Assembly: GCA_965644295.1 (NCBI GenBank)
Contig: CBFFRP010000141.1
Location: 285,973-349,972 of the forward strand
DNA: 64,000 bases
Direction of reading: 5' to 3'
Source: Paraphysomonas bandaiensis
Taxonomy: Eukaryota; Protista; Chrysophyceae
Shown: positions 1 to 13,828 of the stretch, piece by piece
Numbering within the stretch: position 1 is the stretch's first letter
Layout of the letters: each line of letters begins with the position of its first letter
Program-made: the position numbers and the translations under genes
Notes under the pieces: model-generated
Databases searched by the model: none
Told to the model about the DNA's origin: nothing
The model's input: the letters and a program-made list of their open reading frames with translations, nothing else

Positions 1-829
1 TAAGTAGTACACTATATGCTATATTGAAGTAGTACACTAATTCGAAGTACTCTGACTAAACAATTAATTTAGAATTTGAGATTTTAAGCGTGAGAGTTGT
101 TGTAGAATCACCCGAGCAATAGAGGTGCTATATGAGAAATTATATGCATGTTTGTAGGAATCTTTGTCTTGATAACTGCAACTATAGCTACGACTAGGGC
201 CTCTACACCAAATAAAAAGTTTATCTTCCTAACTGGAATTTAATAGAGAGTTTACGCCGTAGCCATTGTAATGAAGCTCATGACAAGGTGCTGATGATTT
301 TGCATTATCCACGTGTATACTTAGACCCAATAAGTACCACCTCAAACGGTTTACCATCGACACGTCTAACTCTCAATCCATGATTAGCTTGAAATTAAAC
401 TACATCCAGCAATATGGAACCCGTATTATTCATCGCACTCCGCAGCAAGATTCTCATATATGGTTTCGAAATGATATAGTTTTTATGAGGTTTTTGCGGT
501 TAGCTCAAATTTAATTCACCGAATTATAGTACAATTTGTTTGTCTGCATCATGAAGTCTATGAGTCTGAACTTGTTCTATAACTTCTCGTAGGTTGAATT
601 TGCAGGATCTTGAGTGCCCCTAGAACTCTTCCAAAACAGCCAAAATAAAACCTACTGACTCTTTCAAATCTATGACCACGCAGGGAAATTTGACTTTGTT
701 TATTTGAACACCACCAACAAGGTTCTTCCGAAAGAAGGGCTCTTTGACATTGTAAATTCAAAATTACTGACCGTGGTGCTTGCAGCTTTATACAAGCGGG
801 TCATGAGAACGGTTGGGTACAGAAACTAG

Positions 830-2150
830 TATAATCTATAGGCTGACTAATCTATAGGCTATACTATGTACTACTAGTGGCGGGCAACCGTCTCTGGACT
901 GCTTGTGCATCGCTGCGAGCACCATGGTGCAACCGTCCCTTGTAGTGAGGTTAATCGGGGGGTCTGCCTTTGGGCAGTGTGTCTGGCGGGCCTGTATCAT
1001 GGGATATACGGGGGATGGTTGGGGCTAGATGTATATGAGAGTGTAAGTCTGTGGTGGAGATGGTGCTGGTTGTCGAGGTGGGATTTTGGGATCACGATGT
1101 GTACTAACGGTGATAAGGATAATTTATTCAAATTATCATCATAACAAGAAAAGATAACTGAAGTAAATGATCCGTATATATATTTGCCATATGGGATGAA
1201 CAGGCGAATCTACTGCACTATCTAGTATTTCTGCTATTACTATGAACTGTACTATTAGCTGTAAAATCTAATAAATATAATTCTACTATATAACGCTACG
1301 AAAGCTGCTTGTGCATCACTTCTTGTACTAAGGTGGTGCGACCATATTTTGCACTTTAATGGGCTGAATTCACTGTGGAGATCCGCTGAGTTCATATGAG
1401 GGTCAGGGTTAATGTCAAGTCGAGGTAATATCAAAACCTAGTAAAAATAATAACTCAATACTTAGATATGAAACCTGGTGAAATCGCTTTACCAAGTTTT
1501 GGTATTACCTCGACTTGTCAAGGAGTGTAGGAAAATAGGAGGCACGATGCTCACATGTCTACGTGGGGTAGAATGCGGATCTTTGCTGTGTGTTGAGTGT
1601 TGCCGCGTGTCTCTGATGTATTGGGGGAGTTTCCGCCTTTTTGATCTGGTTTGTGTTGGAACTGTTGATTGAAGGTTAGGAGGTGCGTTGCGACTAGAGC
1701 GCAGGGGAATACGATACCAGAGCTGACAAAATGAGTCTTCTAGCCCCACTTCGAGGAGTTTCAAGATGCGTGGTCGTTTGATGAGTGTTTCCTACTACGT
1801 ATCCGTGGGGAGAGTCGAGATACCTGTACAGAGGTGGAATAGTACCTGTGACTTTGGCCACTGCGAATAGGGGTTGTAAAGTTTTGATGACAGCGGAATC
1901 GAAGGTGTAGGGCTCGGGAGAGGATTAGGAGCGGTGTGTCTGGCGGGGCTAGTTGGTCCTTTCGGATATAATATCCTACCAGAAGAAGCGCCGGATCCCA
2001 TACTGACCAGGATATTGCTCGAATGACTCAGGTGATCCAAGTTAGTAACTGTGGGTCTCGTTTGAGATCTTGGACATCTTCTCTATGATGTCGGAAGGAT
2101 GACTCCTGTATTAGGCAGATCTGTTGATTCCAACAATTGAGGCGCATATG
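830..2150 (-). mobile_element. Degenerate repeat or retroelement remnant(s), two partly homologous pieces in tandem (possibly 3' ends of a non-LTR element or Helitron-like ends)
   Basis: GC-richer, intron-less, stop-interrupted Pro/Thr/Ser-rich minus-strand ORF fragments. GTGTGTCTGGCGGG occurs twice (~977 and ~1934). CTGCTTGTGCATC occurs at 899-911 and ~1305-1317, with a third, inverted copy at 42880-42904. Confidence 0.35.
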
Positions 2151-2810
2151 TACTTAATGTAATCAATGGGATGATCACATATCTTACGATCTTACTTCGT
2201 CACTGCAACTTGCATCGTCACTATAATCCGTTTAACCACTATATACTTATCGTCATTCATTCTCACAGTACGATTAATAAGACTACAATTGTATACTACA
2301 GTAATTTAAATACCTTATAACTACAGCTTTTACTTGCTCTCATATAGCAGAATTCAACATCACAATCAGAACTTGCAGCTTTTCTTGAGATCGAGGCCCA
2401 GATTAGTTTGGCCACAATAGCGACCAATTCTGTATGATTTGTCCCGCTTAAGAGTGGCATTGAATATTCATTGTCGAAGGTGTAGGCTGGTACTTGCCAA
2501 AGTGTACACAGAGCAGTCTCAGAGCGGTACACAGCAAGGTTACACTTTAGAAATTCAAGGAATACAGAATTATTGAGATGAGAGTGCTTTAGAATACTAA
2601 AATACATATTCGTGATTAAATTCAACTTTAGCTATAATCATTTATCATTAACATACAGAACTGTTCAATATTATCCAAGTAACACGATCAGCTGATTATT
2701 ATAATATAGAATTATTGCATTACAATAAAAACTACGACAACTTATCAGAAACCATCCACAGAGATTCACTGATATGGGAATGAGGTCAGGAAACATTTAC
2801 AGCGCTTGTA

Positions 2811-5800
2811 TCATATTTTCGTCGAAAGCGAAAGTGTAAGAACAGGGGGGCTTCGTCGCTTATCTTCCTCTGCTTGTGCTCGAAGAATTTCCTTCGATGT
2901 ACCTGCCTTCTTCGAACAATCGAGAAAATGCTGTTCCACTGGCAAATCGCCTGTAATCTTCAATTCATTGAGTGCAATTGTAACAGAGCCAACTTTTATG
3001 TCCATTCGAAATCTCACTTTGTAGTATACATTTGCCACCAGTGAAGAACCTTCGATCATGCTTTCTTCAACGGGAATGCTGACAGGGGAATTTCCCCAGA
3101 CAGGATTCAGTGTGTTTGTTTTTACATCAGTGTAGCACTTTTTCCCTTGAATTGAAAACTCAATATAGACATCAGTTTTTGCAAATCTGTCTAAGCAGTA
3201 CAAATTTGAAACGCTAATATTCGAAATTTCAATTATGTTCATTTTAGGCACAGATGTGTGATTTTCAGAGAACATTTCACTGTCACTGATGGAAGATGTT
3301 GCACGGATTGGAGCACTTTGATTTACATCATTAGCTGCAGTGTCTTTGTGGCCAAATATATACGAAGCTATACTTGACCTTCGAGAAGACTGTTGTACCT
3401 CTTTAGCAGCCGCTATGACCTTGTCTTGCATGAGTTTCTCTTTTTGAATTTTACGTTTCTCTGCCACAGCCAACTCCTTTTCCTTTTTACACCGATACAC
3501 TGCAGATCCAATCAGATATTTTTCCAAGCGAAGATTTATTTGAAAAACTACATACTCAGGTGGAGGGTCCACGAGCAAACTTGTGGGGAGGCTGTTTCCA
3601 TTTCCATGCTTTTTTATCATATCGTCCAATTGGGACATAAGTGCAGAGGTAAGTGAATCGGTCTGCGCCAAATTAAACTCTTCTGAACTAGAACTACGCC
3701 CACCTCGCAATTTAAAGACAGCCTTCACTAAATTTTTCAACGCATTCGCTTTAAAATGTTCTGTGTTGGCCTGGTCGACAACTAAACACACCGTTCTCGT
3801 GAAAGGAACAGACCCAATGGGTTCGGTCAAAAGCACGGATATATCTGTAAAAATTTGAAGTAGCTGTTCGATTCGAGCAACACCGCCAAACATAAGTCCT
3901 TTACTTGAACCGGTCCGAGATTTATCACTGATTCGATTTATAACACCACTGAAAAACTCTCGTATAGAATTACAATCATCACGAATAATTGACACATCAT
4001 CATCCCTGAAAACTATTCCGTGATTACTGGCTTCATTGAACATATTCAGGTACCACACTGTAACTTTGCGTAGGCATATTTCAATGACCTTTTCGAAGCA
4101 TGGACACTCAAGCGTGGAAATAAAGTCATTAATATAACTATTCAATTCCGCAAGAAGTCTTTTCACAAGTTGAGGAGATTGGCCAGTGCTGTGTGTCCAC
4201 GAGTCATATATCCGTGTGGTCGGCAAGAAAACATCAAATGACTTGAACATTATACATGTGAGAAAGTCCATTGCAACAGAGACATTAGCTGATAAGAGTT
4301 TCGTTAATTGATACATTGACTGTCCCATAACGCTAGCACTTTCGGGGCTCATGGCAAAGAGTTCACGATTGTACTCGTCGCCTTCAACTTCATAACCGCT
4401 CTCAACGCAAGCTTTAATATACTTGTTCAATATCTGATGTGAATCGTTAGCAATACTTGATAGCCACTTGACATGCATTCCCACAGCCTGGAATTCCATT
4501 TCGTCGTCAAAAGTCACTCCTGGAGTTGGAACCGGAGTGGTCCAATCGTGATTATACAGAACTTCGCTGTATCGGGACTCCAGCGCAACAAAGCCTGGTT
4601 AAGAGCAACCAAGTTAGTATTGAAGTATAAGTGTAAATGACACTCACAGTCAACGTAAATAATTCGTATACGCTCGTCCAGGAAATGAAGAAATTCCTGT
4701 ACGGCCTTCGAAAGTAACTCCTTTCGCATACGAACAAGTGACAAATAGTGATTCACTATACCAACAATATCGGATGGAATATTTGATATAAAGTGCTCGC
4801 CATCACTTACAACCAGCCATGGAAGTTTATAGAAAGACAGTCCATCAACCTGAGCCGTTCTGTTGGCCTAAACGGTACTCAGAATAGAAACAACTGAATC
4901 GAATATATAACCGCACCTCAAATGTGTTATGTACATACTTTTTCATTTCATCAACAAGCACTTCAGTGTACCAAAAAATCATAGTTTTGATATTTAAAGA
5001 CAGCGAAAGAAGAGGCTCCGGATCCACCTCGATATTAATCAACCGTAGCGAGCTCTTAACTATTGTGCTGAGGTGAGCATCGTTTTGCAGAAAAAATTGA
5101 ATGAGCTGGATCTTACTCTCGTTCCCCTAAAACAAGAGCGCCTGAGTAACATATATGCATACGTGGCTACAGTACCTTCATCGACAGTAATTTCTCTTTC
5201 GAATCAAAAAATCTTCCAAGTGCTCCTACAATAAGAATATAGTACCCGTTTATTATGACACCCAAACACTCTTCCAAAACTTTTCCTTGATGAGACCATC
5301 CACAGAGAGCAGTATCTCGTATTCGCATTTCTGCCGTATCTAATAGAAAACTAACAATTTGTTTGGCAGAATATACAACATCATCTTGCTCAGCGGAGTG
5401 CAAATAAATTCTCTCTGCCTCTATCTTATCTCTGGCTATCATTTTTCGAACCTCATCTACTTCGTAGCTCGGTCCCATTAATCCAGCGCCAAGCAAAACA
5501 GCTATATACAGCTTGATGCGGTAGTTCAATCGACGTAGGTGCTCAATTTCGCTACTTAGCCACTTCGCTTGCACTACATCATACTCCTTCGCTTCCATAT
5601 ACTTTTCAAGCCTCACAATCTCATTTTCATTTTCTGTCACTTCCGTATCAAGGAAGAGAATAGTAGATGATCCTAGTGATAACTCCTTCGTTGTTGGGAG
5701 AGCAGATGCATCAGTGTCATCCACGTATGATGTGTGATTTGGGTCTCCCGTCATACTTCCTGATGACGTAAGAAGTGCTACATTCTCCCTGAATGACTTC

Positions 5801-8800
5801 AAATGTAACCGGTCTCTAACTAGCAGACATAATTTTTCAGCCGGGCAATCAACAACGAATATTTCTACTTCAGCAGGCCTATAAATTTCGTTGCCGCTAC
5901 TTTCACCGAAATATCTGTGTACTGTAGCAATCACAGACAATACAGATGGTGTGACAACATCTACTCTAAGGACCTGATTCCATGGAATTATAACGGGGGA
6001 ATCCAACGTGTCCCGTTCTCTACAAAGTGTAACAACTAATTCTTTGAAATCATGATACACATCGAGCTTAGTTTTGTAACGCTTATTTCCACTTGTAAAA
6101 TCGAAATGCCCAAAAAAACCATTATTCTTGGGCGCATCGGATGCTTCTGATAAAGGAATAGCCGATATTACTTTCGAGAATTTCTGGGCACGGCGTACCC
6201 ACTTTCTTCTCCTAACTGACCTCCCTGAGCTGCTTGATGTTGACTTACCCTTCTTGAGGTTACTCATTATCCAATTGAAGTCAATGCCATATACCCAGCC
6301 GAATTCGTCCGTGTTGGTGTATGTCGTATCGATAGTCCATTCATAATCCGGTACCCACTTGTAACCTGGAGGAGGCTCGGCAGTGTTCAACGAGTGATAA
6401 TTGTAAGAGATTTCTCCTGTTTCGTCAGTAAACGGTCCTCGCTCAACACCACTAAAAAGATAGTTCTTCCCCCAATCCATCATGATAGACCGTCTTTGAT
6501 TCTCAAAAACTTCAATCAAAGTGTACTCATCAGTAGGTGGCTCAACCTCATCACGATCCTGTTCTTGCGAAGAAACCACAGAACTCTTCCGTAGGGAGAG
6601 AGAATCTTCCACAGAAACAGTTCTAGTACAGACTCTCTTGAACCGTCGGCGCCTAACCGAGCGCATTATTGCATTTGTACTCGATTCTCCTTTTCTGTAA
6701 TTGCTCATTATCCATCCAAAATCAATACCATAACACCAGCCGTCGGCATCGACATTGGTGTATTCTCTATCGATAACCCATGAATTGCAACTATCCCCTT
6801 CCCAAGTATAACCTTCAGGAGGGCGAAGACTGTCGTTAAATGGAGAAAATGGGCATACAACAGTCCCTGATTCATCTGTAAATTCCCGGCGCTCTTGCTT
6901 CAATAAATAGCTGCCACCCCATTCTAGGTTCAACGAGCGCCGCTGGTTTTGAAATACGTGATATTCAATGCGATCTTGAACTATAGGTGGAGTTCCGTCG
7001 AACCCAGCAGGAGTCACCGTCTTAGACTTTCTTTGAAAATGATGAAGCAGCATAGACGCCTTTTTCCCCTCATCACCTGCGGTGTCTCCCTGATAACTAC
7101 GCGACTGAAGTACGAGTCCATCAAATCCAGGGGAAAAAATAAATTGTTCTACGCTGTTATTTACATCACTCTCTGTTTTTGACATATGAAATGAGGTAAC
7201 GCAATCACAAAACCAGTATGTTGTGTGCTCATTTGATGGAACCAATTGCGATCTTAGAGTTATTTCAGGGGCACAGATGCTCTTCGTTCCCATAAATTCA
7301 CACTCTCGCATCATAAGTTGCAGCCGCACTTCTATGAAGCCCAGACCATTGTGATATAAGGAAGCCGATGGCGACATACCTTCTACTGGCTCCACAGGAT
7401 ACCTCTTCTTCATTAGAGAGCCTAATATAATATGAGTTAACGTATCATATAAGGTTAAAATGGGAGATACTCACCACTAAGTGCTGCTTTGGTATAAAAT
7501 TCTTCTTTGGGTATATACACTATGGAAAGTTTGTGATATTAGTAATTCATATCAAAAACTTAATTATACGCTCACCTGCACCCATCAAATGATCTCGACC
7601 ACTACGTGAATCATCAGTTACTACAAGTTTAATAAACTTTGCTGTATGCAGCCCATCGTTAGCAGTTAAAAAAAAGCACTCATTCCATTCTGGGCACAAG
7701 GACTTCTGTATAACACGGGACCTACCAAAACTAAGACAAATATTCTTTGTATACAAAAAAGTACCTATACGACTTGTAGCTAGACCTCCTCGACCCGTCC
7801 CAGTCGGCAAAAGAGCACGTCACTTTCGTATTTCTATCATTAGATGACGATTGGCTTTTCGTTATTCCCACGGCTGATGTTGCGATGGTCGACAAACTGA
7901 CAAGTGAATCCAAAGGGTGAGTTAGAATAGTATTAATTGTATTAGATCCTGGGGGTGGAAGGAGATCGACACCCTTTAACACCTCGACTCGATATGCAAT
8001 TTCATTATCCATTACCACTGTGGTTTCTATCACATCAGAGGCAGTTCCACCTTTGGTATCTACGCTGTAATCGCAAACACTCTCCAATGCACCCGGTGGT
8101 ATGAGATCCTTGTAATATACAAACTTCGAACCGATAATGCTTTCTTCCCCACCACTCTCACTCAACAAGTGCAATGTTAATCCAGTTGCCTGCTCTTCGT
8201 CGACATTATTCCAAGCCAAAATTTCACGCTCGCTAATATTAACGATACAGGGCTTGTCCCAGTAGGGAGCAATTCCACTCACCGGACGAGTGGTCACCGC
8301 CGTACAGCTTGGAGAATTCAGAACACTGTATATTCCGACTTCATCCTGTCCACTCATTCCAAGGGTAGCCACCGTAACAATACCCTCAGCAGCAGTGGAG
8401 GCAATACCAGCAGTCCCTTTTACCAACAAGTTGGTACCATCCACTGTTCCTTTAACAGCAGTCTTCACTATCATTGACGCTCCTTTAACTACAAACTTCC
8501 CCGGGTACCACGATCCACCACCGCTTGTCTGTTTCACACCTGACTCAATAGTTTCCTGTGACAAAGACGCCTTCTTGTTCCTCTTGACGGCCTCTGCTAT
8601 AGTATTTACAGATAGTTTTCCAGATAAGATATCTACTTTAAGGTCGTAAGGCAAATGCTCCGAATAATCCATACTCACGGTGATGGCATCCATTTTATGT
8701 AAATTCAACGAAACAGGTGCCGAACCAGACTTCAATTCTTGGCATTCCAGATGCATGCTTTCGGCTCTAAGAACACATGCACAGTCATATAACTGTCCCT

Positions 8801-9960
8801 CTATCTGTACACTCAAATTTCCTCTGAACTCCGGCTCACACTCAACAATTTCAGGGACATGGTGGGATCGATGCACCCGACCGATACCAACACTACTGTC
8901 TCCCGCTCCGTTTCCACTTTCCTGTTCTCGACGCAAATGTAATGCTACGAAGCTTCTCCTGAATGCTCGCACCCACGCCCACATCATGAATTTGTTCGGA
9001 GCCACCAGAGTGTACATATGCTGGCGTGTACGCACGAGGATAGAATTCCGACGCTGGGGTGGAACAAGCCGAGTGGTGTTATTCATTAGGTCGATTTGTA
9101 CAGAGCGGACGAATTCTGGTTCACTTCCTGCTCTGTGGGGCTTTACATGATTCAGGCGGGAGCGCAAAGCCGTGCTGTCACTGTCGTTTCCTATATTTTG
9201 CGATTCCGATTGAGTCACGACTGCGAGGGCTGCCGGCGACAAAAGATTTACATCATATAGCATATCACGAAAGAGAGACCAGTTTAGATCCTTTGTGCAG
9301 AGAATACCAGACTCTTTGAATGCATCTTGTATCGTTACTGCGGTCATACTATCCGCAAACTCTTCATCGGCAAGACGTTGTACAGAGGGTAGAACTTGCT
9401 TCGTCAAATCACAGTCAACCGTTTTAACAGAAATAAGGGTATCCCGACTCTACAATAGTGTTGTCAGAGGTAATAAAATTGCGTATAAACATGCTACCGT
9501 GATAAGGATCGTGTAACTAACAGATCCTCGAGGCTCTATTTTCGATGAACCTTTCTCAAGGGCTGTCTCATGAGTCGACTCCACTCCAGTAGGTATATCT
9601 TGTAAACTAATTTCAAATCGACCAAGCATTTTATGTGAGCCAACATCATCATGGTCCCAAATTTCGAAGAGTACTCCCCCTGTAAGGTGAAGTAGTGGTG
9701 TTTCAAAAGTTTCGTTCCATTTAGGAGATAGTGACCATCTCACAACAGATGTGCGACCAAGTATAGTATTACCTACTTTTAATACAACATATGGATCACT
9801 TGTTCTAACATCTCCAACAGGCAGCTGATCGATATATTACTATATAACTAAAGTCATGTATACTACTTACATTTTTACCCTTCACAACTGTTACTCGTAG
9901 TTGGAATGGTTGATATTGAGCCTGGGCAGTTGTTAGAGACAGATAATCCGGTGAATTCAT
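2811..9960 (-). CDS. Large multi-exon membrane-trafficking protein: C2 - PH-like - C2 - 2x DysF (dysferlin/peroxin) - Sec6/MUN-like helical bundle - C-terminal C2
   Basis: ATG at 9960 spliced to LPVGDVRTSDPYVVLKVG...SLSPKWNETF...EIWDHDDVGSHKMLG (C2). A further C2 reads QKSLCPEWNECF. Two DysF units: VFQNQRRS..W...PPEGYTW..WVIDREYTNVDADGWCYG...VRRRRF and FENQRRS...PPPGYKW...DEFGWVYG...VRRRKWVR. Sec6-like segment WLSSIANDSHQ...YINDF...VTVWYL...IRDDCNSIREFF. Terminal C2 KTNTLNPVWGN. The ORFs join through short GT-AG introns. Confidence 0.8.
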
Positions 9961-11082
9961 ATTCTCATGCAGTTTATAGTGTAATACGATCTATCTAGAG
10001 TATAAGTAGATCATATATATGTATGTATGTATTGCAATTATCTGATGGATGATCATATTCAAGATTCTGATGTATATATTCGCATACTCATCATTCACTT
10101 TATTTTTTCTACTTCCTTCAGAAACTTATAAAGGCATGAAAACCATGTATTTTATAGATATTTTTCTAAAAAATACATATATTTTGACATGGAAAATTGT
10201 GGTGTATATGAGCGAGACTGCTGATTGGCTAATGGTCGATATACAGTGTTTTTGTATGTGATCATCAGGACCATGTCTGGGTAGTATCTTACCACAGCCT
10301 GGTGGTCCATAGCTGACTGTGATGTTACCTAGCTGACGGGTGTGTATGTTAATGACCTATTGAAAACACTGTATGACTGTGATGACTGCATCCGACTCAC
10401 TGTTTATATACGGAGAGTGCCAGTTGAATAGGAGGGATAGTATCTTCACCAAAACTAAAGTCTATTAAATAGCAGATAACTAAAAGTGAACTTGTTTGTT
10501 TCTTATGTTGCCTAAGTGACTGTCATCAACCAAGTTTCTTTCTCTTTCTACGTAAGATGAATAGGAGAGTGTGCTATAAGCTATGAGGGCGACGTGGTAT
10601 CCTCTTTGTGCATGACAAGTCTATTTTAACATCTGAGTGTAATATATATTCTACGTTTCTGTAAATTATAATATTTTTATCAACATCAAATAAAGTTCAA
10701 CGAAATATAGTTAGACATGTGCATTTTCCAGCTAGGTGTAAACTAATTTAATTTATGCATATAGTAAGTCTGCTATATATTATATTATGAACTTGACCAA
10801 GTCAATGACACTAACAATGTCAGGTAACAGTCGCAGATATTTATTGTGATGGAAGCGGCCATACAGAAAATTTTATATGTACAGCAATAGATAATGCTTA
10901 TCTAAGTCTATATGATTCACCTTATTGATATTATACAATTTACGTCGAATAATGTATATAGTAGACACAAAGTGTGATAGGGTATTTTCTCGTAAGGGTA
11001 TGCGATTGCTTCTGAATGTTTGCAGAAGATTTAATACGCTCTCTGACAAGTCACACGGTATTCGCTATACACAGATTTATTA

Positions 11083-12309
11083 TTAATGCATCTTACTATC
11101 ACCACTACACGAATCTAATATAGCGGACTCTAAAAACTCTACAACAGCTTCTTCATTTTGTAGCTTGTTCGCATTGTTGCACGCGGCACCACCATCACTT
11201 TTTCGAGATATATTAAAAGATGAAAGATCGGGATGAAACTCCGGTGCATCCAAAAGAAATGAATGTCTCATTGCCTGTAATAATATATATAGATAAGCAT
11301 AGGAATTGCATCTGTCATTCCTGCAAAGTACGAACCTCTGTGGCAGTCAGTCTTGTAGAAGGATTTAACTGAAGAAGGGAACTCAAGAAGTCCAGACTTG
11401 GTCTAGACGCGTGTGGCACCAGTAATGTCAAATCTACCGGCTCCATATCTGGAAAGGACACCTTCGAGTAATCTGGAAGATTTACAACTTCCTGCATTCG
11501 GCATGGATTGGTTACATACGCTTAAAAATTCTAGACTACCTACCGGCCACGTCGCAGGATTCGGAGTACCCATTACCTGGAATACGCGGTAAAGCTGATC
11601 AATGTCATTGTTACCAGGAAACAATGGAGAGAGCATCATTAATTCTGCAACGATGGCACCAACGGACCATATGTCGACAGCCTTCGTGTAGTGCCTCGCT
11701 CCGAAGAGCAATTCTGGCGGTCGGTACCATCGTGTTGCGACCTGATGACTCATCGATTGGTCCGAAGAACTCACAAGTACACGCGATAATCCAAAATCAG
11801 CTAGCCTAACAGCACCACTGGCAGATAACAATATATTCGAAGGCTTTATATCCCGATGTAAAATGTTAAGTGCGTGACAATGGGAAAGGCCAGAAAGAAT
11901 CTGAAAACTATAAAATTTGATTAAGTCATCGGAGAAGAAATTATGAGCATTCACGATCTCTTGCTGCAAGTCTGATTCCATATAGTCGAATGCGAGTACG
12001 AGTGATGCATCTTTTGGATAGACTTTAAGGAGAGGTATAACATACGGACTGTTCAACTGTTTAAGAGATTCAATTTCGCGAAACACTGCCTTTGGAATAC
12101 CACCTGTCCCACTGCGAGTAGATATCAGGCTAACATGTTTCAAGGCAACCTTTTTTCCAGTAACAGTATCAATGCCAAGGCGAACATCACCATATGCACC
12201 TACATAGAGTCTTATACCATCTATATGTAATGAAACAAGTATACAAACCTTCACCAATCTTTTTTAATGATCTAAATCTTTCTTTACTCTCTTCAATAAC
12301 AGAATCCAT
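11083..12309 (-). CDS. CDK20: Cyclin-dependent kinase 20 (CCRK/LF2-like)
   Basis: MDSVIEES...KIGEG|AYGDV, VALK, PKAVFREI, HRDIKPSN, DFGLSR, HQVATRWYRPPELLFGARHY and PDYSKVSF. The ELLFGAR-Y and PDYxKxSF motifs are typical of CDK20. Three introns. Confidence 0.85.
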
Positions 12310-12652
12310 GTAAGGTTTAGATCAGAAGATTATGTGTAATATATACTTGGTGTCTTAACCTCAGCTGATAGTATTAATATACTGGGACTGATAGGACTCT
12401 GTATATTGTACAAGATAGTTGTAAAAAAGACCATATTTTTAAGATAGTAATGCAATAAAATTGGAATTATATCTAAAAACTAAGTATATTTCACACTATA
12501 CTGCTACATATACCGAGTATAATGCATATGCGTACAATACAGCAGAGTATAGACCATCATATAGAGCAAAGCCAACACACTATTGTCAAGTCAACCATAC
12601 TGGCAATTGCCATTATTATTCTGTCTTTATTCATTATCTTTTGCATAATATA

Positions 12653-13828
12653 ATGTCTTCATACATTTCTATTGCATCTGGTATAGTCTCTAAGATATCT
12701 CCTTCCAAGAAACCTGACTGGGCATGGTGCTATTGCTTCTTTCCTGCATTAGTTGTATATTTTGCATTGTTAATGAGTCATATTAACACCAAACCTACAA
12801 CGGGATATATTGAGATACTTGATAGTGATATGCATAAAATCATATCACCATCAGCTAATATCGAGATTATTGCAACCGGAATGAATTGGACTGAAGGACC
12901 TTTATGGATTGACGATGAGACTCTCTCCTCTAGTTATCTCTTGTTTTCAGACACAATAACTAACAGAGTTTGGAAATGGGAGGAAGGCAAGGGCTTCTTC
13001 ACAATTGGTAAAACTTTGTATATGGAGCATAGTGGTTGCAAACTGGACAACCCGTGGTGTACTAATATTAAGGAGCCTGGATCTAATGGGCTGATATCAC
13101 TTCTCGGGTCTAAGACGGATGATATCATTTTGTGTGAACACGGAGAGCGGTCAGTATCATTAGTATATGCAAATGGAAGTCGCGTTGTACTTGCCTCCCA
13201 CTACGAAAAAAAACGGCTTAACTCTCCAAACGATGTGGTGTGGTCTCCCGAGCAGAACTTATATTTTACCGACCCCCCATTCGGCTTGTATGATAAGTCT
13301 GGGAAGATAATTCAGGATCAACAGCAAAATCGCAACGGCGTGTATATGATTCCCCGACAACAGGTACATTATGCTCTGCAGAGCGGAGGAACGTCAGCTG
13401 ACTTGGTCCTTCTGGATGACACAATGACACGCCCCAATGGCATTGCTTTTTCGCCAGACTTCTCCAAACTGTTTGTATCAAATTGTGACCACACAGCGGC
13501 GTATTGGAAGGTATTTGACGTGAAGTCGGATGGTACTTTGGGGGATGGAAAGGTTTTCTTCGATGCAACAGAGTTGCGTGCTGTAGATCCTCTACAAAAC
13601 AATCCTGATGGGTTTAAGTTAGACATTAATGGTAATGTTTTTGCCACTGGTCCTGGTGGTGTATTAGTTATGTCCTCTGGTGGGAAGTTGTTAGGTAGAC
13701 TTCATCTAGATAGAAAAGCGTCAAATGTTGCATTTGGTAGTGATGGATATCTCTATATTACGGCCACAGATGCTGTGATGCGAGTCAAAGTACAAACACG
13801 TCCAGCGAAAGCTTACATGCTGCGGTAA
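12653..13828 (+). CDS. SMP-30/gluconolactonase-family six-bladed beta-propeller with N-terminal membrane anchor
   Basis: WTEGPLW, LLFSD, EPGSNGL, RLNSPND, YFTDPPFGL, RPNGIAFSPD, NPDGFKLDINGN. Hydrophobic stretch near the N-terminus. The likely ATG is 12653. Confidence 0.9.
   Translation: MSSYISIASGIVSKISPSKKPDWAWCYCFFPALVVYFALLMSHINTKPTTGYIEILDSDMHKIISPSANIEIIATGMNWTEGPLWIDDETLSSSYLLFSDTITNRVWKWEEGKGFFTIGKTLYMEHSGCKLDNPWCTNIKEPGSNGLISLLGSKTDDIILCEHGERSVSLVYANGSRVVLASHYEKKRLNSPNDVVWSPEQNLYFTDPPFGLYDKSGKIIQDQQQNRNGVYMIPRQQVHYALQSGGTSADLVLLDDTMTRPNGIAFSPDFSKLFVSNCDHTAAYWKVFDVKSDGTLGDGKVFFDATELRAVDPLQNNPDGFKLDINGNVFATGPGGVLVMSSGGKLLGRLHLDRKASNVAFGSDGYLYITATDAVMRVKVQTRPAKAYMLR

Noticed and set aside
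1-800. Possible gene fragments at the window start
   Set aside because: No recognisable motif or consistent frame.
10255-10440. Possible C/D snoRNA (GTGATGA, CTGA boxes)
   Set aside because: Box order, terminal stem and guide complementarity are not convincing.
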